Positions 24,352-37,400 of a DNA stretch of 64,000 bases are shown here, piece after piece. A program made the position numbers and the translations under genes. Numbering within the stretch: position 1 is the stretch's first letter; each line of letters begins with the position of its first letter. The stretch is from Vicugna vicugna (Eukaryota), in contig MU057947.1 of assembly GCA_013265495.1 (NCBI GenBank), positions 1,511,070 through 1,575,069 of the forward strand. The letters run 5' to 3'. The notes under the pieces are model-generated. The model had not been told where the DNA came from. It worked only from the letters and a program-made list of their open reading frames with translations, and did no database searches.

Positions 24352-25675
24352 CAATTGCTTTTTTAATTTCTGCATAAAAAACCAGCTAGTTTTGATATGT
24401 TGTTGAATCCATAGACTAATGTGGAGGGTATTGCCATCTTAACAATATTAAGTCTTCTGATCCATAAATCTCCATTTATTTAGATCTTTCAAAATTTATT
24501 TCAGTATTTTACAGTTTTTAGAGTGCACCTTGCACTTATGTTATTAAATTTATTTCTATTAGTATTTGATTCTTTTTCTGCTATTGTAAGTGGAATTGTT
24601 TTATTAAATTCATTTTTAACTGCTTTTTTCCAGTGACTAGAAATAGGGATGAGTTTTGTATGTTGATCGTGTATCCTTCAATGTTGCTAAACTTGTTTCT
24701 TAGTTCTAATAGGTTTTATTTATAGATTCCTTTGTTTTTAATATACATTATCCTGAATGGAAATAGAATTGGTTTTACAACTTCGTTTCTGATATTGATG
24801 ACTTTTCTTTCATTTTTATGCATGACTGTCCTAGATAGAATCCCAGTAGAATAGAACAGAACAGAACAGAACAGACTTCCTTGTCTTGTCTGACTTTAAA
24901 GGAAAAATGTTCAGTCTTTCATCCTGAGATAGCATGTTAGCTGTGGAATTTTAATAAATACCTCTTATCAGTTTGAGGAAATTCCTTTTTATTTCTATTC
25001 TAGTGAGCGTTTTTTTTTTATTATTATAAAAGTGGACTAGATTTTGTTAAATGCCTTCTATGTTACACTGAGATGATCATGTGGACTCTGTCCCGTATTC
25101 TTTTGATAGGAAGTATTACACTGATTAGATTTCAGATGTCAAACCAACCTTGAATTCCAGGGGTACATCTTATTTGCTCATGGTGTATCATCTCTTTTAT
25201 GTGTTGGTAGGTTTGGTTTGCTGCTTTTGGAGGAGAGGAGTTTGAGGATTTTTGCATCATTATTCAAAAAGTGTATTAAGTGTTTTTTATTTCTTGTCAA
25301 TTGTTTGTCGAGTTTTGGTATCAGGGTAATGCTTTCCTTGTTGAATGACTTAAGATGGGGTTCCCTCTTTCCTATTTTTTGGAAGAGTTTGTGAAGTATT
25401 GATAATAATTCTTTAATTATTTCACAGAATTTATCAGTGAGGTCATGTTGACATGGTTTTTCCTTGTGGAAAGTTTTCAGCTACTAATTCAATCACTATT
25501 GTTCTAGCTCTGTTCAGATTTTTTCTTCTTCAGTCTGTCTCAGTAGTTTGCTCTTTCTGGGAACATGCTTCATCTAAGTTATCTAATTTATTGGCATATA
25601 TTTTTGCATAGTCTTAGAGGAATCTCTTTTATTATTGTAAGGTCAGGTAATAATGTTCTTTCTTTCATTCCTGTC
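24352..25675 (-). mobile_element. L1 ORF2 fragment (RT region), with an internal (GAACA)n microsatellite at ~24848-24874
   Basis: T-rich antisense ORF2, colinear with 6852-8130 (e.g. 'ttgaatccatagac', 'ttccttgtcttgtctgactttaaagg', 'aaccaaccttgaattccagg', 'ggaagagtttgtgaagtattg'). Confidence 0.85.
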
Positions 25676-25699
25676 TTCTTGGCTGCACACACTCAGAGT

Positions 25700-25990
25700 A
25701 GAATTTCAGTCACACTGCACTCAGGTTATGGGGGGTAAAGGGAAGAGGCTGGTGTTAATAGGATTCAAATGCCGTGGAGTCTCACTGTTCTTAGTGAGAT
25801 TTAGTAGATATTCTTGAGGAGATGCTTCTCCATTTGCTGTTTGCTCTTCTGACAATTTCCAGAGACGGTGTTTTTATTGTTATTGTTTTGGTTTGTTGTC
25901 TTCATTTTTTAATAATTTTCAGCTGTCTGATCATTGTTTCATGAAGAAGAGGAAACACTGCATGCCATTTGGCCATTCTGAAAGTCAGAC
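25700..25990 (-). mobile_element. L1M 5'-end fragment
   Basis: 'ctcactgttcttagtgagatttagtagatattcttgaggagatgcttctcc...acaatttccagag...gccattctgaaagtc' resembles ancient L1M 5' termini. Confidence 0.5.
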
Positions 25991-25999
25991 TCCAATCAT

Positions 26000-27430
26000 T
26001 TTATTTTGTGTTTATCCATTTTGACATATGTGGCTCATTCATTTAAATATCATATAGTTTTCCAACAGATAAAAATATTTTTACATTACTGATAAACACT
26101 GAAATTGTCTCCCTTTTCCTCTATACGATAATGTTGCAAATGTTCTCATATATGAGTGTCTGGAATATGTCTGAATTTCTTCTTTAAATTGAGACCTAAG
26201 AATGAAATTGCAGGGTATGGGAAATTTGCATCTTCATTAGATATTGCCCAGCTGGTTTTACCAATTAAAGCTACAACCACCATCATTACTTTACAGTTTT
26301 ATCAACACTTGGATGGTAAGAGTTTAGTTTGTTAGTCTGAGGCCAGCCTACTTTTGGATTTTATTTTATTTTTCTCTGATTGTTAATGAGATTGTGGGTC
26401 ATTTCATGTTTCTGGGTCTTTGGATTGCCTACCACGTTAATTTTTTGTACATATTATTTGCCCATTTTCCTGTTGGGTTGTTTTTCTTTTGAAAAAATTA
26501 ATCTGTAGAAATTACTTATTCTGGATTCGCAAGTTACCCTATGTTATAAATATGTCTTCTCAGTCTGTGACATGTCTTTTTACTTTATGCATAATTTCTT
26601 CCACAGCAAGATATTCTCTCCTTTCCCAAATCACAATGGCTTTCTAGATTTTCTAGCAAAAGTTGTAAAGATTTGCTTTTTACGCTTAGCCTTTTTTAGG
26701 TTTTACCTAGACTTCATTCTAGCAATTGTCTCTGCACCATTAACTGAATAGTGCGTTCTTTCCCCACTGATTTGTAAAGACTTCTTGGTCAGGCATGAAT
26801 GAAGCTGTGTTTGGACCTCAGGGGTGTCTCTGTGGTCTATCTTCTATTCCCTGCACCAATGTCACCTGATCTGTAAGTACCGTAACTTTTTAATAAGTCT
26901 GCTAGAGTGGATATTCTGACTCTCCCTGTATTATTTTTGTTATTTTGACATTTTCCCCTTTGGATTTGCATACGAATTTTCAGCATTAGCTTGTCTAGAT
27001 CTGTGCCTCTTTAAAAAGAGCTTTATTTTTTTTTCTACATAGAGTTGTTTTTTGTTAAGTTGATTTATTATTAGTTACTTTGTTTTCTGTGTTGTTATGT
27101 GGCAGGATCTTCTTTTAAATCATGTTTTCTAATAGATGTTGCTGTGTCTAGGGGAACATGTGATCCCTGCGTTTTATCTTGCATTTAGCAACCTGGGTGG
27201 CCTCTCCTATTCATGTACAAAATCTCTTGTAACTGCTCTGCTGACAAATGTATTTCTTCCTTTTCATGCCTTAGAAGTTCTTTCTCTTGTTTCATTTTCC
27301 TCTCTAGAAACTCTAATAAAATGTTAAGTAGCATTAAGTGATGACAAGTGCTCTTACCTTATTCTTGACTGAAAAAGAGTGCCTTTAATCTTTAACTATG
27401 ATATTCTAATATTGTGGTAGGTACCGTGCG
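26000..27430 (-). mobile_element. Ancient L1 (L1ME-like) ORF2 3' part
   Basis: Antisense motifs 'acctaagaatgaaattgcagggt', 'ttgcccattttcctgttgggttg', 'ttctcagtctgtgacatgtcttttt', 'gcaccattaactgaatagt...ttccccactgatttg'. Confidence 0.65.
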
Positions 27431-27440
27431 TCACGCACAG

Positions 27441-27853
27441 CGGCACAGGTTGGGCTCTCTGGAAGTGGATGTGAGATGGAGTTTGGGGTGAAGGATGTCT
27501 ATGATGGGTCTTAACCTGTAAAGGAGGGAGATTGACTGGGCAGATGGAGACGTTGAACTGTGACCAGGAGAAACCTTGGCCAGTCTGCTGGGGAAACTCC
27601 ACTGTGAGAGCTGCCCACCAGAGTTGTTCCATGTTGGACCAAAATGGCCAAGACTTCTTTAGCTTCCCTCCCAGCTCAGCCACCAGATGAGATTTGTCCC
27701 AAAGGGGCTTAACCTCGGGGAGAGGCTCCTCTGCTCTTGATGCTAAACTCGAAGGCCCGGAGCTGGGGCCTCACTGCTGGTTCAGCTCTGTGTGGCTGGG
27801 CAGGCGTTCTGTCCTTGTAAGAGAGCGACAAGGGTGCCTCTCTGTCCACTACA
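27441..27853 (-). mobile_element. ERVL solo LTR (LTR16-like) nested in L1
   Basis: Minus strand starts tgtagtggac and ends cccaacctgtgccg. Internal 'gattgactgggcagatggagacgttgaactgtga' and 'ccaccagagttgttccatgttgg' match the LTR16 family. Confidence 0.7.
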
Positions 27854-27859
27854 ACTGTG

Positions 27860-28080
27860 TGTCCTCGTCTAATTTCCTGAGTTTCTAAATGAATATAAAT
27901 TCTTATTAAATGCTTTGCTTGCAGCTACTGAAAAATGTCCCCCTCGTTTAGTCTCGTTGCAAGGAATTCCAAATTTAAGAAGTCAGGTGTACCTCATCTT
28001 TGGATCTGTTGAATTAAGCTCTGCCTTGGACAGGACGTGTATTTTTTGGCTGTGCACATTGATCGATTGGATTTGTAATA

Positions 28081-28113
<33 letters not shown>

Positions 28114-28455
28114 AGAAAATTTAGCTCTATTGTCATGAAGAAGACTGGACTGAATGTTCTCTTTCTTCTTTGATCTTGCTCCAATTTGACATCTTGGCTC
28201 TGCTGGCATGAAAAAAATGGACTATGTATGCTCCCCTGTTTTATTTAGTTTTTAGACTATGAGACTGTTTGTACAAGATGATGATTATTTCACTTCTGAA
28301 GGTTGGGTAGAACTTTTGTGTAGCACTACGTGGACTTGGCCAGGTTTATTTATTTATTAATTTTTTTGGTGGTAAAGAGACAATGGAGAACAGAAGGGAT
28401 CTTTTTGGGGTCTTTGGGTTTTGGACTGGAGATTCCATTTCTTCAGTGATTTTAT
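27860..28455 (-). mobile_element. Continuation of the ancient L1 ORF2 interrupted by the LTR16-like element
   Basis: 'ctaatttcctgagttt...ttattaaatgctttgcttgcagctactgaaa' and 'tgaaggttgggtagaactt' are antisense ORF2 motifs. Confidence 0.5.
28078..28113. repeat. (TA)n-poly(T) microsatellite
   Basis: atatatatatatatatatat followed by a T run, seen directly. Confidence 0.9.
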
Positions 28456-28479
28456 ATTTAACTCACGCAGCCACCAGTC

Positions 28480-28680
28480 CTCACTCATCCTCCATCCCTT
28501 ACCTACTGTGCTTGTTTCATACAATTTATCACGCTCCTAAAACTTAACCTGTCTGTTGATTGTTATTATCTGTCTCCCTGACTAGGATGTAAATTAATTA
28601 GGGACTTTGCCCATTTGCTGTTTTATTTCTAGATAATAGAAAGGTCTGTCACATCAAAGCACTTAATAAAATGTGAAAGA
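28480..28680 (+). mobile_element. LINE-2 3' end
   Basis: 'ttattatctgtctcccctgactaggatgtaaa...agggactttgccc...gtctgtcacatcaaagcacttaataaaatgtgaa'. Confidence 0.6.
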
Positions 28681-29162
28681 TTGCAGGACGTCATATGTTT
28701 AGAATATTGAGCTTCTCCTAAGAAAACGGGAGTTAGTCAATATTCTCCTTCACTGCATCACATTGTTGCATCAATAGGAAACGTAAGGTCGTCCCAACAG
28801 AGAACAAGATGTATGTAGGTAATATATTTCTTAGAGAGTCGAAGGACTTTATAAGGGGAGCTGCTAGCTGGTATACAGTGCTGCGAATACAGGAGCAGGT
28901 GTTTCTCCTGGACCCACAAATATTCCTGAAGTGCGGAACTCCCTCTAATGCCCGAGCCAGAGCTGGGGTGGGGGTGACTGAGAACCCGGGCCCGCCTGGG
29001 TGGACTTCAGCGAGAACCGTGAGGTGGCCTGACTCCAGGCAGTGCACGACAGCGGGGCCTGTTCGCAACAAGAGGGGCCCGGGGCCAGGAAGGTTTTCCT
29101 CAGTAGGTGTCTGCCAGGGGCAGGCCTCAGCCTGTGGCTGGACCAGCCCTTGCGGTCCGCAT

Positions 29163-29632
29163 TGTGACTGCAAGGTGCCCTTCAGCAACAACCATTAGGA
29201 AACTTTGAAAAATAAAAGTCTGTGACTTACAGGGCCTTCAAGTTACACAGCACAGCCGGGGCCTCACGGAGAGCTCGCTGGGAGAGTGAGGGAGAGAGGG
29301 CCGGCGTTCTGCTTTTACTGGAGTCGAGAGTGGGGGCTAGGTGTCACGGGTGCACTTTTTCTTGGTGAATTTAAAACACAAGAGCAGGAATTTAAAGCCC
29401 AGAAGAGAAAAAACAAGTGGCTAAAATGGTCAGTTCGCAGAATCAATCAAGCTCTCCAACGCCAAGGAGGCTCCCTGAGGGGGGCAGGCTGGCTCCTTAC
29501 CCAGGCCTGCGCTGCAACGTGTTCGTTCAGGAAGGCCGTCTTCGAGGTGGGCGCCCCTCACAGCCGAAGCTCGGGCCAGGCAGCTGCATTACAGAGCAAA
29601 CATATAAGCAAACTGACATGGTCTGCATTACA
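29163..29632 (-). mobile_element. Probable ERVL-class solo LTR (family uncertain)
   Basis: Bounded by tgtgactgc... and ...gcattaca (TG...CA). Internal 'gcttttactggagtcgagagtggggg' and 'ggtgaatttaaaacacaagagcaggaatttaaag' recall old eutherian LTRs. Confidence 0.5.
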
Positions 29633-29799
29633 GGATCTTAATTCTTAATTAGAAAGTATGATAAATGAAAAATACAGTGAACTTCAAGAGGCTCACTCTC
29701 CTCTGTCGCAGGAGGGCACAGCGCCGTCAAGCATATGAAGACTGAAGACAGTTTATAGCACATATTTCCCTCCAGTTGGCTGAGCTGTGTGGCCCTCCT

Positions 29800-29915
29800 G
29801 TAGGCAGCATCCCGAGAAAAAACGCATCTTACAAATGAAGAAGAAATAAACACACTTTCAGACTCACAAAAGCTGAAACATTTCAGTACCACAGACCTGA
29901 ACTAAAAACATAAAT
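29800..29915 (+). mobile_element. L1 ORF1 C-terminal fragment
   Basis: 'aaatgaagaagaaataaacacactttcagactcacaaaagctgaaacatttcagtaccacagacctgaacta' corresponds to ORF1 NEGEIKTFSDKQKLREF..RPAL. Confidence 0.65.
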
Positions 29916-30049
29916 CCTCTATCACTCTCCTGCTTCGAAGCCTTTAGTAAGTCCCCATGGCACTAAAAGAAACAATAGTACAATAGGTAGGTAGGTGGGT
30001 GGGGCGACAGGCAGATAAGTGAACAAGTGAAGCCGGCGTGTTTGCAGAG

Positions 30050-31107
30050 TCTCTGAAAGAGCCGCCGGCGTCTGGGAGCAGAACCCCGGATTAACAGCTC
30101 CTCCTCCCGCCACGCCCTTCCATCCGTTCAAGCTGCTACCCCGTGCCTTCCGGCTTGCGCTGCTTCCGACAAGAACACCCCCATTTCTGCTGCCTTTGGT
30201 CTTTGCGTGCGATGTGTCTTTTTCCCCAAGTGTTTTCAGAATCTCCTCTTTCTGATTGACCTTGGGCAATTTGATTGTGGTTGTCGGTCTGTTCATGTTT
30301 ACCGTGCTCGGGGTTTGTCCCACTTCTCAGATCTGTGGGCCTGTAGTTTGCATCAGACGTGCAACGTTTTTGACCATTACTTCTTTAAATTCTGTTTCCA
30401 CCTCCCCACCTCTGTCTCCTACCTTCCAGGGCATCCACTGCTTGTCTGTTAAACTAACGGAAGTCATCCCACAGCTACGGAAGCTCTTTCTGCTTTTGTG
30501 CTCCTTTTTCCTCTTCGTGCTTCATTTTGCATCGCTGCTACCGCTGCCACCGCTCTGCCTTCAAGGTAAGCGGCCTCTCCTTCTGCGGCGCGGCCGCCGG
30601 CTGCCCACCCGGGGCATTGCGAGCCTCAGGCCTTGTAGTTTTCACCTCCAGGCATTCGAGCCGGATCTTTTTGAATTTTCGGTGCTTCTCCTCAACATGT
30701 TCAGTCTTTCCTTTAGCTTTCAAAGCATATGGAGCGCAATTCCAATGACTTAGTATTTTCATCTATTGAATACTCTGTACTAGTTGTTGGTTTCGGCTGA
30801 TCAGCTTTTGTCTGTTATGCGTTGTGTTTTCCTGTTTCTCTGTAGGCCTCGGCAGTTTTGACTGAACTCTAGATATGACAGAACTGGCCGACTGAGCGCT
30901 GAAGGCTCTGAGCCTTGTCTGGAGGGCAGGGCGGCGACCTGGAAGCAGGTTCATCTCCCCAGGTCTCGCTTTTAAGCTTTCTCAGTTGAGGCCAGAGCGG
31001 CCCTTAGTCTAATTTTTCACTCCCCACTACTGAGGCGCCACCAGTCCAAGGAATGCCCCTGCTGCCCCAGGAATCGTGAAGTTTGTTCACTCTGGTTGGT
31101 TGGAACA
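30050..31107 (-). mobile_element. L1 5' region plus ORF1 fragment
   Basis: ORF 29922-30323 TPSTVN..RPTTTIKLPKVNQKEEILKTLGEK resembles ORF1 TPRHIIIKL.KVK.KE.ILKAAREK. Confidence 0.75.
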
Positions 31108-31124
31108 GAAAGTGACAGTGGAAA

Positions 31125-31480
31125 TCGGTGTGTGTAATGTTCCAGAGGCCAAGAGAAGAAAGTATTTCAGGAAGAGAAGATGTCACAGCCGCGAGACTGC
31201 TGAGATGAGGAGGAAGGCGGTGGGTGCGCCCTGTGTTTGGTGCCCTCCGGCTGGCTGGTGACCTTGGCTCACGTCACGTCAAGGTTCAGGCAAAAATCTG
31301 GATGACGGTCAGTTGAGGAGGGAGTGCGGGATGAGGAAGCCGAGACGGCAGCCATACAGAACACCCCAAGTTCTGTGCGGGGGGCTCAGAGAAACAGGGC
31401 GGTGAGGGTAAGAATGAGGACCAGCGGAGAATCGAGTAAAAGTGAACGGACAAGATGAAAGTTTAGCTGTGTCTCCAGAA
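31125..31480 (-). mobile_element. LINE-2 fragment
   Basis: 'tgttccagaggccaagagaagaaagtatttcaggaagag', 'ctggtgaccttgg', 'gttgaggagggagtgcgggatgaggaag'. Confidence 0.55.
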
Positions 31481-34400
31481 CTTACCCGGAGTTCCCCAAC
31501 AGACAGGGCGGGGGAGGGGGCGTTTTGGGAGGGCGGGGGTGTGCGGGTGTCTGTAGGGAGGGGAGCACCGCACACACCAAACTCTACCAGAGCCCGGACA
31601 CGTTTGCTGTCGTCGCTGCTAAGATGAGTAGAGACCCTGACATTGCATTTGTGTTCTCTGGGCCCTCCCGGGCCTTTATGCCTCTGAACACACGTGAACG
31701 TTCCCCCGGAGAGGCGCCTGGTGTCCTGGAGCACGCGCTGCCCCAGCTGCCCGGCTCTGCTCCTGCGGTCTCCCTGTGCCCCCGACAAGGAGGCTGAGGC
31801 CGCACAGGTCCTCGGGGGAACGGAGAGGAGGAGGCTGCCCTTGCCCTCCGCTCCCTGATGGCCCTGGCCGAGGTGCCCCTGCCGCTCCCGGACCAGTCCC
31901 CTCCCAGCCGTCAGGGCTGCGCCTCTCCCTTTGCCCTTGGGGAGCTGTCCTGCCGCCAGACCGCACGACCCGGAGGGCGGACACTTCTGGTGTGAGTCAC
32001 TGTGGCAACCTGCTCCCAGCCCTGTCCTGGGCGTGCAGTGGGTACCGAGCGTCTGGTACAATGCTTGCATTGTTTGGAAGCAGAAACCAGCCCCCACTCT
32101 GCCTTCGTAGAGGTCCAGGATCAAACTGTGGGGGCTGTGGGATGAAGGAGAGGGGCTGGGTGTCAGCCTCTGCAGGCAGACACCCCAGGAGCCCCTGAAT
32201 GGGGTGCTGTGCTGGGACCCAAGGCGCTGTCCCCCCACTCCTTCGCTGCCCTGCGGACAGCTTACAGAGGGAGGTGCTGCCCATCCTGGCGAGGGTGTCC
32301 GTGCCACAGCCTCCCTGGTGGGAGGCCAGGCTGCTGCCCACTCCCGGACAGGAATTCAGTACTCGTCTCATCCCACACCCATTACTTCTCAGCTTTTAAT
32401 TGCACGTCAGGTGGCTGGGGCTGGTGTTCGATAAATATGTCTTGAAGAAGCTGGAGTGAGTGAAACTGCTGGAGCACGAGGGGCGTGGGGGTGTGTCTCC
32501 AGCGCTGGCCCCGGCCGCTCGGAGCGCTCATCCTTCCCTGGGCCAGACAGGTGTGGGGGTCACCGCGGAGCAGCCTCCCCGCAGCCTCCCGCCAAGATGC
32601 CCACCTCACAGGCGCTTTGCAATCACCCTGGCGCGGAGCCAGCCCTCTAGCTCTCCTAGAGATCCACGCCTGGACGTCGGTCTACCCCGCACCGAGGTGT
32701 CCAGATTAAAAGTGAAAACAGCGATCGCCTGCCCGTTTTGTCTCTCCCCTGAAATGATGGATCGGCTGCTAGCATCCTTTGCTGAATTATCTCGTTTTGG
32801 AGAGGGTCTTTCTTGCAGCTGTCTTGGCGCCGGGGGCCTGCGGAGTTGGGCAGGAGGAGCCGGGAGACGGGTTTATGATGCCGTTCCGGCCTTCATCCTG
32901 GTGATGGATGGGCGGTGTTAGCAGTCCACCAGGGGAAGGATGACCATATTTCGTCACTTACAGGATACCTGGGGAAAATGTGATTCACAGGGTATGGAAT
33001 CAAGCAGGATAAAAAGATCAATTTATTGTTTCAGCCATTCCTGAACATCACTTTGTAGCTGTCTCCAGCCCCGGGATGCTCTGAGGAATGGAAGCGCACT
33101 CCATCAAAAACCCTACAGCGTGGTTTTTGCAAAGCACACCCTCCCTCTGGCTCCCCGGCAAACGATTCGGCAGCAGAGCCGGGGGAGACGGCGAGTGACG
33201 GGGCGCGAGGAGGGCCCGCGCACCTGGGGGTCTTCCTGGGCACTTGCGGCCGTTTTATGCTTATGGCAAGCGTGCTTCGCCCTTCACGGCCAGCCCCCGG
33301 GGCGGGGGTGCCTGATCGGCCAGGACACTTTAGGTGCTGGGACGCCCCCAGCCTGGTTCTGTGCTGCCTGGAGGACTCGGTGGTGAGTCAGATCCTTTTT
33401 TTCCAGAGCGGAGGGGTCAGCCTTCAGGTGGTTCCTAGCTGGACTGTGGGAGCTGAGACCAGGCCCGCCTCTCCAGCACGGTCAGGTCTATCCATTCCTG
33501 GAACTGGCCGGGTCCCCTCAAGCCGTCATGGAGGTGGACCACCGCCCCTGCCCTGAGGACAAGGCGGGCCTGCCTCTGAGTCCAGGACGAGAAAACCACC
33601 TGAACCTTCCCACTGTACCGCCCATCCCGAGCCTTAGGGTACAGACGGATTCCAGGACCACCCCCTAATGCTGAAGAAAGCCTTTCTCACTGCTCATCGA
33701 CGCCCCATCTTCTGCCCTCAGGGAGCCGCTCCCTGGCAGACTCTGGGCGCTTCCTCTGTGCGCCGTGGATGTCAGGGAAGCGCTGGGTGACTTTTAGCCG
33801 TTTTCATCCCCACGTGAATGAATGATAGCTCCCACTCCCAGGGCAGCTGAGGAGGCCCAGGTGGCTGGAGTCAGGTGTGAGAACCCCTGCAGGGGACATT
33901 AGGAGAGGGGGCTGAGGCGCTGCACAGGAGGTGTCCCAGACCGCCAGCCCCGCTCCCTCTGGACAGCTGCTCTCTGGTCACCCCAGTCCCCCACCCCGAT
34001 TCCATTTCACCCAGAGGGAGGCCACACCACGACCTCTTCTCCCCGCTCGCTGCCTGCCTGGCTCTCCCGCTCTCTGGACCCCTTTTGCACGTGGGAGCGC
34101 TGCTGAGCGTTCGGTGTAAGAGCGCCTCCGAGCCCGCCCTGGGCTTTCCTGAGACGCGGTTAGGTAGTCAGACGACAGGTGTCAGCAGGTTCCTGGGCGC
34201 CTGGGTCACCTCCTGGGGCTGGAGCTGGAGTGGCCGTGAGACCAGGTGCCTAATCCGGATGGGGTGTCTTCCGTCCGTGCAGGATCAGCTGCGGCTCTGA
34301 CGCGCCTTTTGTTCCTCTCTCCAGCCTTTCTGGCTTCCACGCTGAAGTCCTCCGGTTGCTATGGAAACGATGAGATCCTCTGGGCTTCCTTAAGGTCACC

Positions 34401-37400
34401 CACGAGGGGCCTGGATCTCCATCACCGAAGGCGCAGCCCAGCACGCGCAGGGCGGAATGCAGTGGACCCCGCCTCCACTCCTCCGCGTGGAGGAGACCCT
34501 CCCCGCCCCTGGCCGCAAGCGCGCGCTTCCCCCGACCCATCAGTAAGCTTGAAGCTGAGAGCAAGGCCGCGTGGTGCTGCGACTGCAGAGAAGCATCCGC
34601 TGGGACCAGTGTCCTCTCATGTTTCTCAGCCCTTTCAGTGTCTCTTGGTTGAGACCCCATCAGACCCACCTCCGTGACCTCAAACTCCCTCCTTTCGTGG
34701 GCCCTGCCCTCCAGGGGGCTCCTCTGCTCCCCCCGCCCTCGGCCCTCTTGGGAGGCCCAGCCCCATGGCCCCTCGCATCCCCATCTGAGGCCCCGGGACT
34801 GGCTGAGTGACCCCAGGATGGCTTCTGAGGGCTGGTCCGGGCGGACTCAGCTTCTAAGACCCCAGGGACACAGAGCCAGGACTGCCTGGTGCACTCCTCC
34901 CCCTCCAGGGTTTGGCAAGTTGGTGTTCTGTCTCCAAAGCAGGCTCTTAGGGGGCAGAGACCACGGGCCCCTCGGAGTGTTTTCCCCGCACGTGCTTCAG
35001 CATCCCTGCTTCCCCAGGCCTCTGGCTCCTCTCTGAGCCCATCTTCTGGGCTCGGCAGGCCCCTTCATGCAGGGAGTCTCTGCTACGGCGGTAAAGGACC
35101 CCGGGGCCCCTGAGCCGGGCAGAGGCCAGTCAGACAGCAGCAGGGATCCCCACCTGCTCAGGTACAGACAGCGGGCTCTCCTCCCGGGACCCTCCGTTCC
35201 CACCTCCAGCGGGCACCTGCCGCCCTCGGGGCCCAGGTGGAGCCCGCCCCTCTGCTCACTCTTCTGCCCGGGGAGCAGCCGCTCATTCATGTTCCAGGGC
35301 CTCTTCACCTTGAACTCCTACAGGGGATTCTGAATACCCAGGTGTGTCTGCTTCCAGGGCGGTGCCCCCTCGGTGTGAGCAGGACACACACCGGACACAG
35401 GCCAGCCCTGCAAAATCCCACGGCCTGCTGACCCGTGTGGACCCGTCACACCTCCCCCAGGGAGCTGGAAACTCTTGCCAGAAAGACACAAACCTATGCA
35501 TGCGTCTTTTATGATGACGTGCAAACACCAGGGCACTACAAAGAGATGGAGACTGTGTGTGTACGTGTGTGCGCAGGGAGAACGAGGGAGCTTGTGCACA
35601 AGAACACTGACCCTTTGGGGGGCAGCTTTTCACACTCTGCAGTGTATTTCATGTATTTCTGTAATGACTAAAGTTTATATAAGATGCATAAATTCTTTCT
35701 GGAATCAGAAAAGAAAAAGCCCCCAGCACACGCACCGCATGAAGGGGTCTGAGCTGGTGAGGCCCGTGGGAGATGCTCCCTGCTGCCCTGGCTCTGTATC
35801 CTGCCATGTGGCCACCGTCTGTCCATTTGTGTCCATTCTTGAAGGCATACCATAGAGGAAGGACCCCGACTTGCCATCTGTGCTGAACTCTGGCTGTTTC
35901 CCAGATGGCTCCAGGCACCAAAAGTGCAGAGGAGGTACCCGGCCCGCGAGAAGCTGCTGACCGTGGGAAGAGGGGGACGCACACCCAGCCTCATCCAAAA
36001 ACAAGGTTTCCAGAAGCTTCCCTGATGGTGTGTCCAACAAGTGTGCTTAAGCAGGAAAAGGGAAAGGGTGTCCAGAGACCGGGAGCTCGCTGAGTAGCCA
36101 GCAAGGGCAGGACGAACCCACTGATGGACCCAGAGGAGCTCGCCACACCGCCCCGCTTACGCTGCCCCTTGTCAGGTGCCCTTCTGTCCCCCGAGCTGGG
36201 CGTTCCACAAATTCCTGGTCCTCCTCCCTCCCTTCGAGGCCAGAGAGCAGAGCTAAAATCAGCTTCTCCGGGAGCACAGCTCTGTGGACCCATGAGCTCA
36301 TCTGAAGACAAACAAGTGATGTTTAAATTACTCACTCAGCCCCATATTCATGCAGAGAATGGACGGCTGACCAAACGCTGAGCAGTTAAGGATGAGCAGT
36401 CTGGCAGATGAAGAGGTCAGCTGGGCAGGGCTCCAAACAGGAGGAGGATGGGCTGAGTCCAGGGCAGACACTGGAGCATCTTGTCAGCAGCCCTGGCCAC
36501 ACGGAGAAACAGCAACTCAATGTCTTGATCCCGACCATGCACGTGGGGGCCCTGGGGCTTCTCGATGCTCCTGCAGCCCCTCCATCTGGAGATGCCCCCT
36601 TGCAGGCTGGCTCTGGACCTGCCAACCCAGAGCAAGCTGTTTACGAGGCACAGAAGCTGGCTCACTTGTTGATTCAGAGAGTCCTCTGCATGAGATTGGA
36701 GATTTAGATGCAAACACAAGCTGCCAGCTTGCCAGAGCTTGTGGTTGTGCATACGTGGTCTCCCGGGGGGCGCTGGGCCCCACGGAGAGCGGGGCCAGGA
36801 CGCAGCTCCGAGCCGGCCCGCCGGCCCCCTGAAGGGGGAACTTCTGGGGCCCCTGGATCTCCCAGTCTTCCTGGTGTCTCCTTTCTCCCCTCCCTGCCTC
36901 CTTCCCTCTCCCCACTCCTCCCCGGACAGAATTTGCCAGAAGGACTCCTGGCCCATCAGGCATGTGGGGAATACCCTGTACAACAGCAAGTTGTCCAAAG
37001 ACCTGTTTCCCAGCCTGCCCCAGCGTTAATGCAGAACGTTTGTAAACAAGCTGATGACTGTCACCAAAGCCCCATCTACGAGACAATGAGCTCAGAACAC
37101 GCCCTCAGCACAGAGCTGAGAAATAGTTTCCCCCGAACTTCCCAGATGGGGTAGAGCTGTGCAGTTTAACAGAGGGTTATGGGCTGCCTTAGCCATCGAA
37201 TACACAAATATTTGCCTTCTGTGTTCAGGAGGCACGGTGGGGACTCGTTTTTCACTGCTGCGTCTTACTGCCACTAGTCAGGATCCGGCGCCAACAGATA
37301 CAGAAGCCAATTAATTCTGGACACATTCAAGACACAAATTCTGGCCGACCACCTGTTTTCTGGTGACAGCTTTATGCCATTTCACTCCTTCGTAAACAGG

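Noticed and set aside
31309..32307. Longest ORF (332 aa, minus strand)
   Set aside because: Low-complexity G/P/R/S composition, no recognisable domain, GC-rich stop-poor DNA, and partly overlapping an L2. Consistent with chance.
32925..32942. CTCF-like ccaccaggggaagg (also ~36760)
   Set aside because: Mismatches in the core GGC(A/G) or CC..AG positions. Not distinguishable from background without a PWM scan.
36408..37154. Two in-frame ORFs separated by one TAG (possible readthrough or pseudogene)
   Set aside because: No recognisable homology, poly(A) tail or TSD, and equally long ORFs lie on the opposite strand. A tblastn/blastx search would be needed to revive it.
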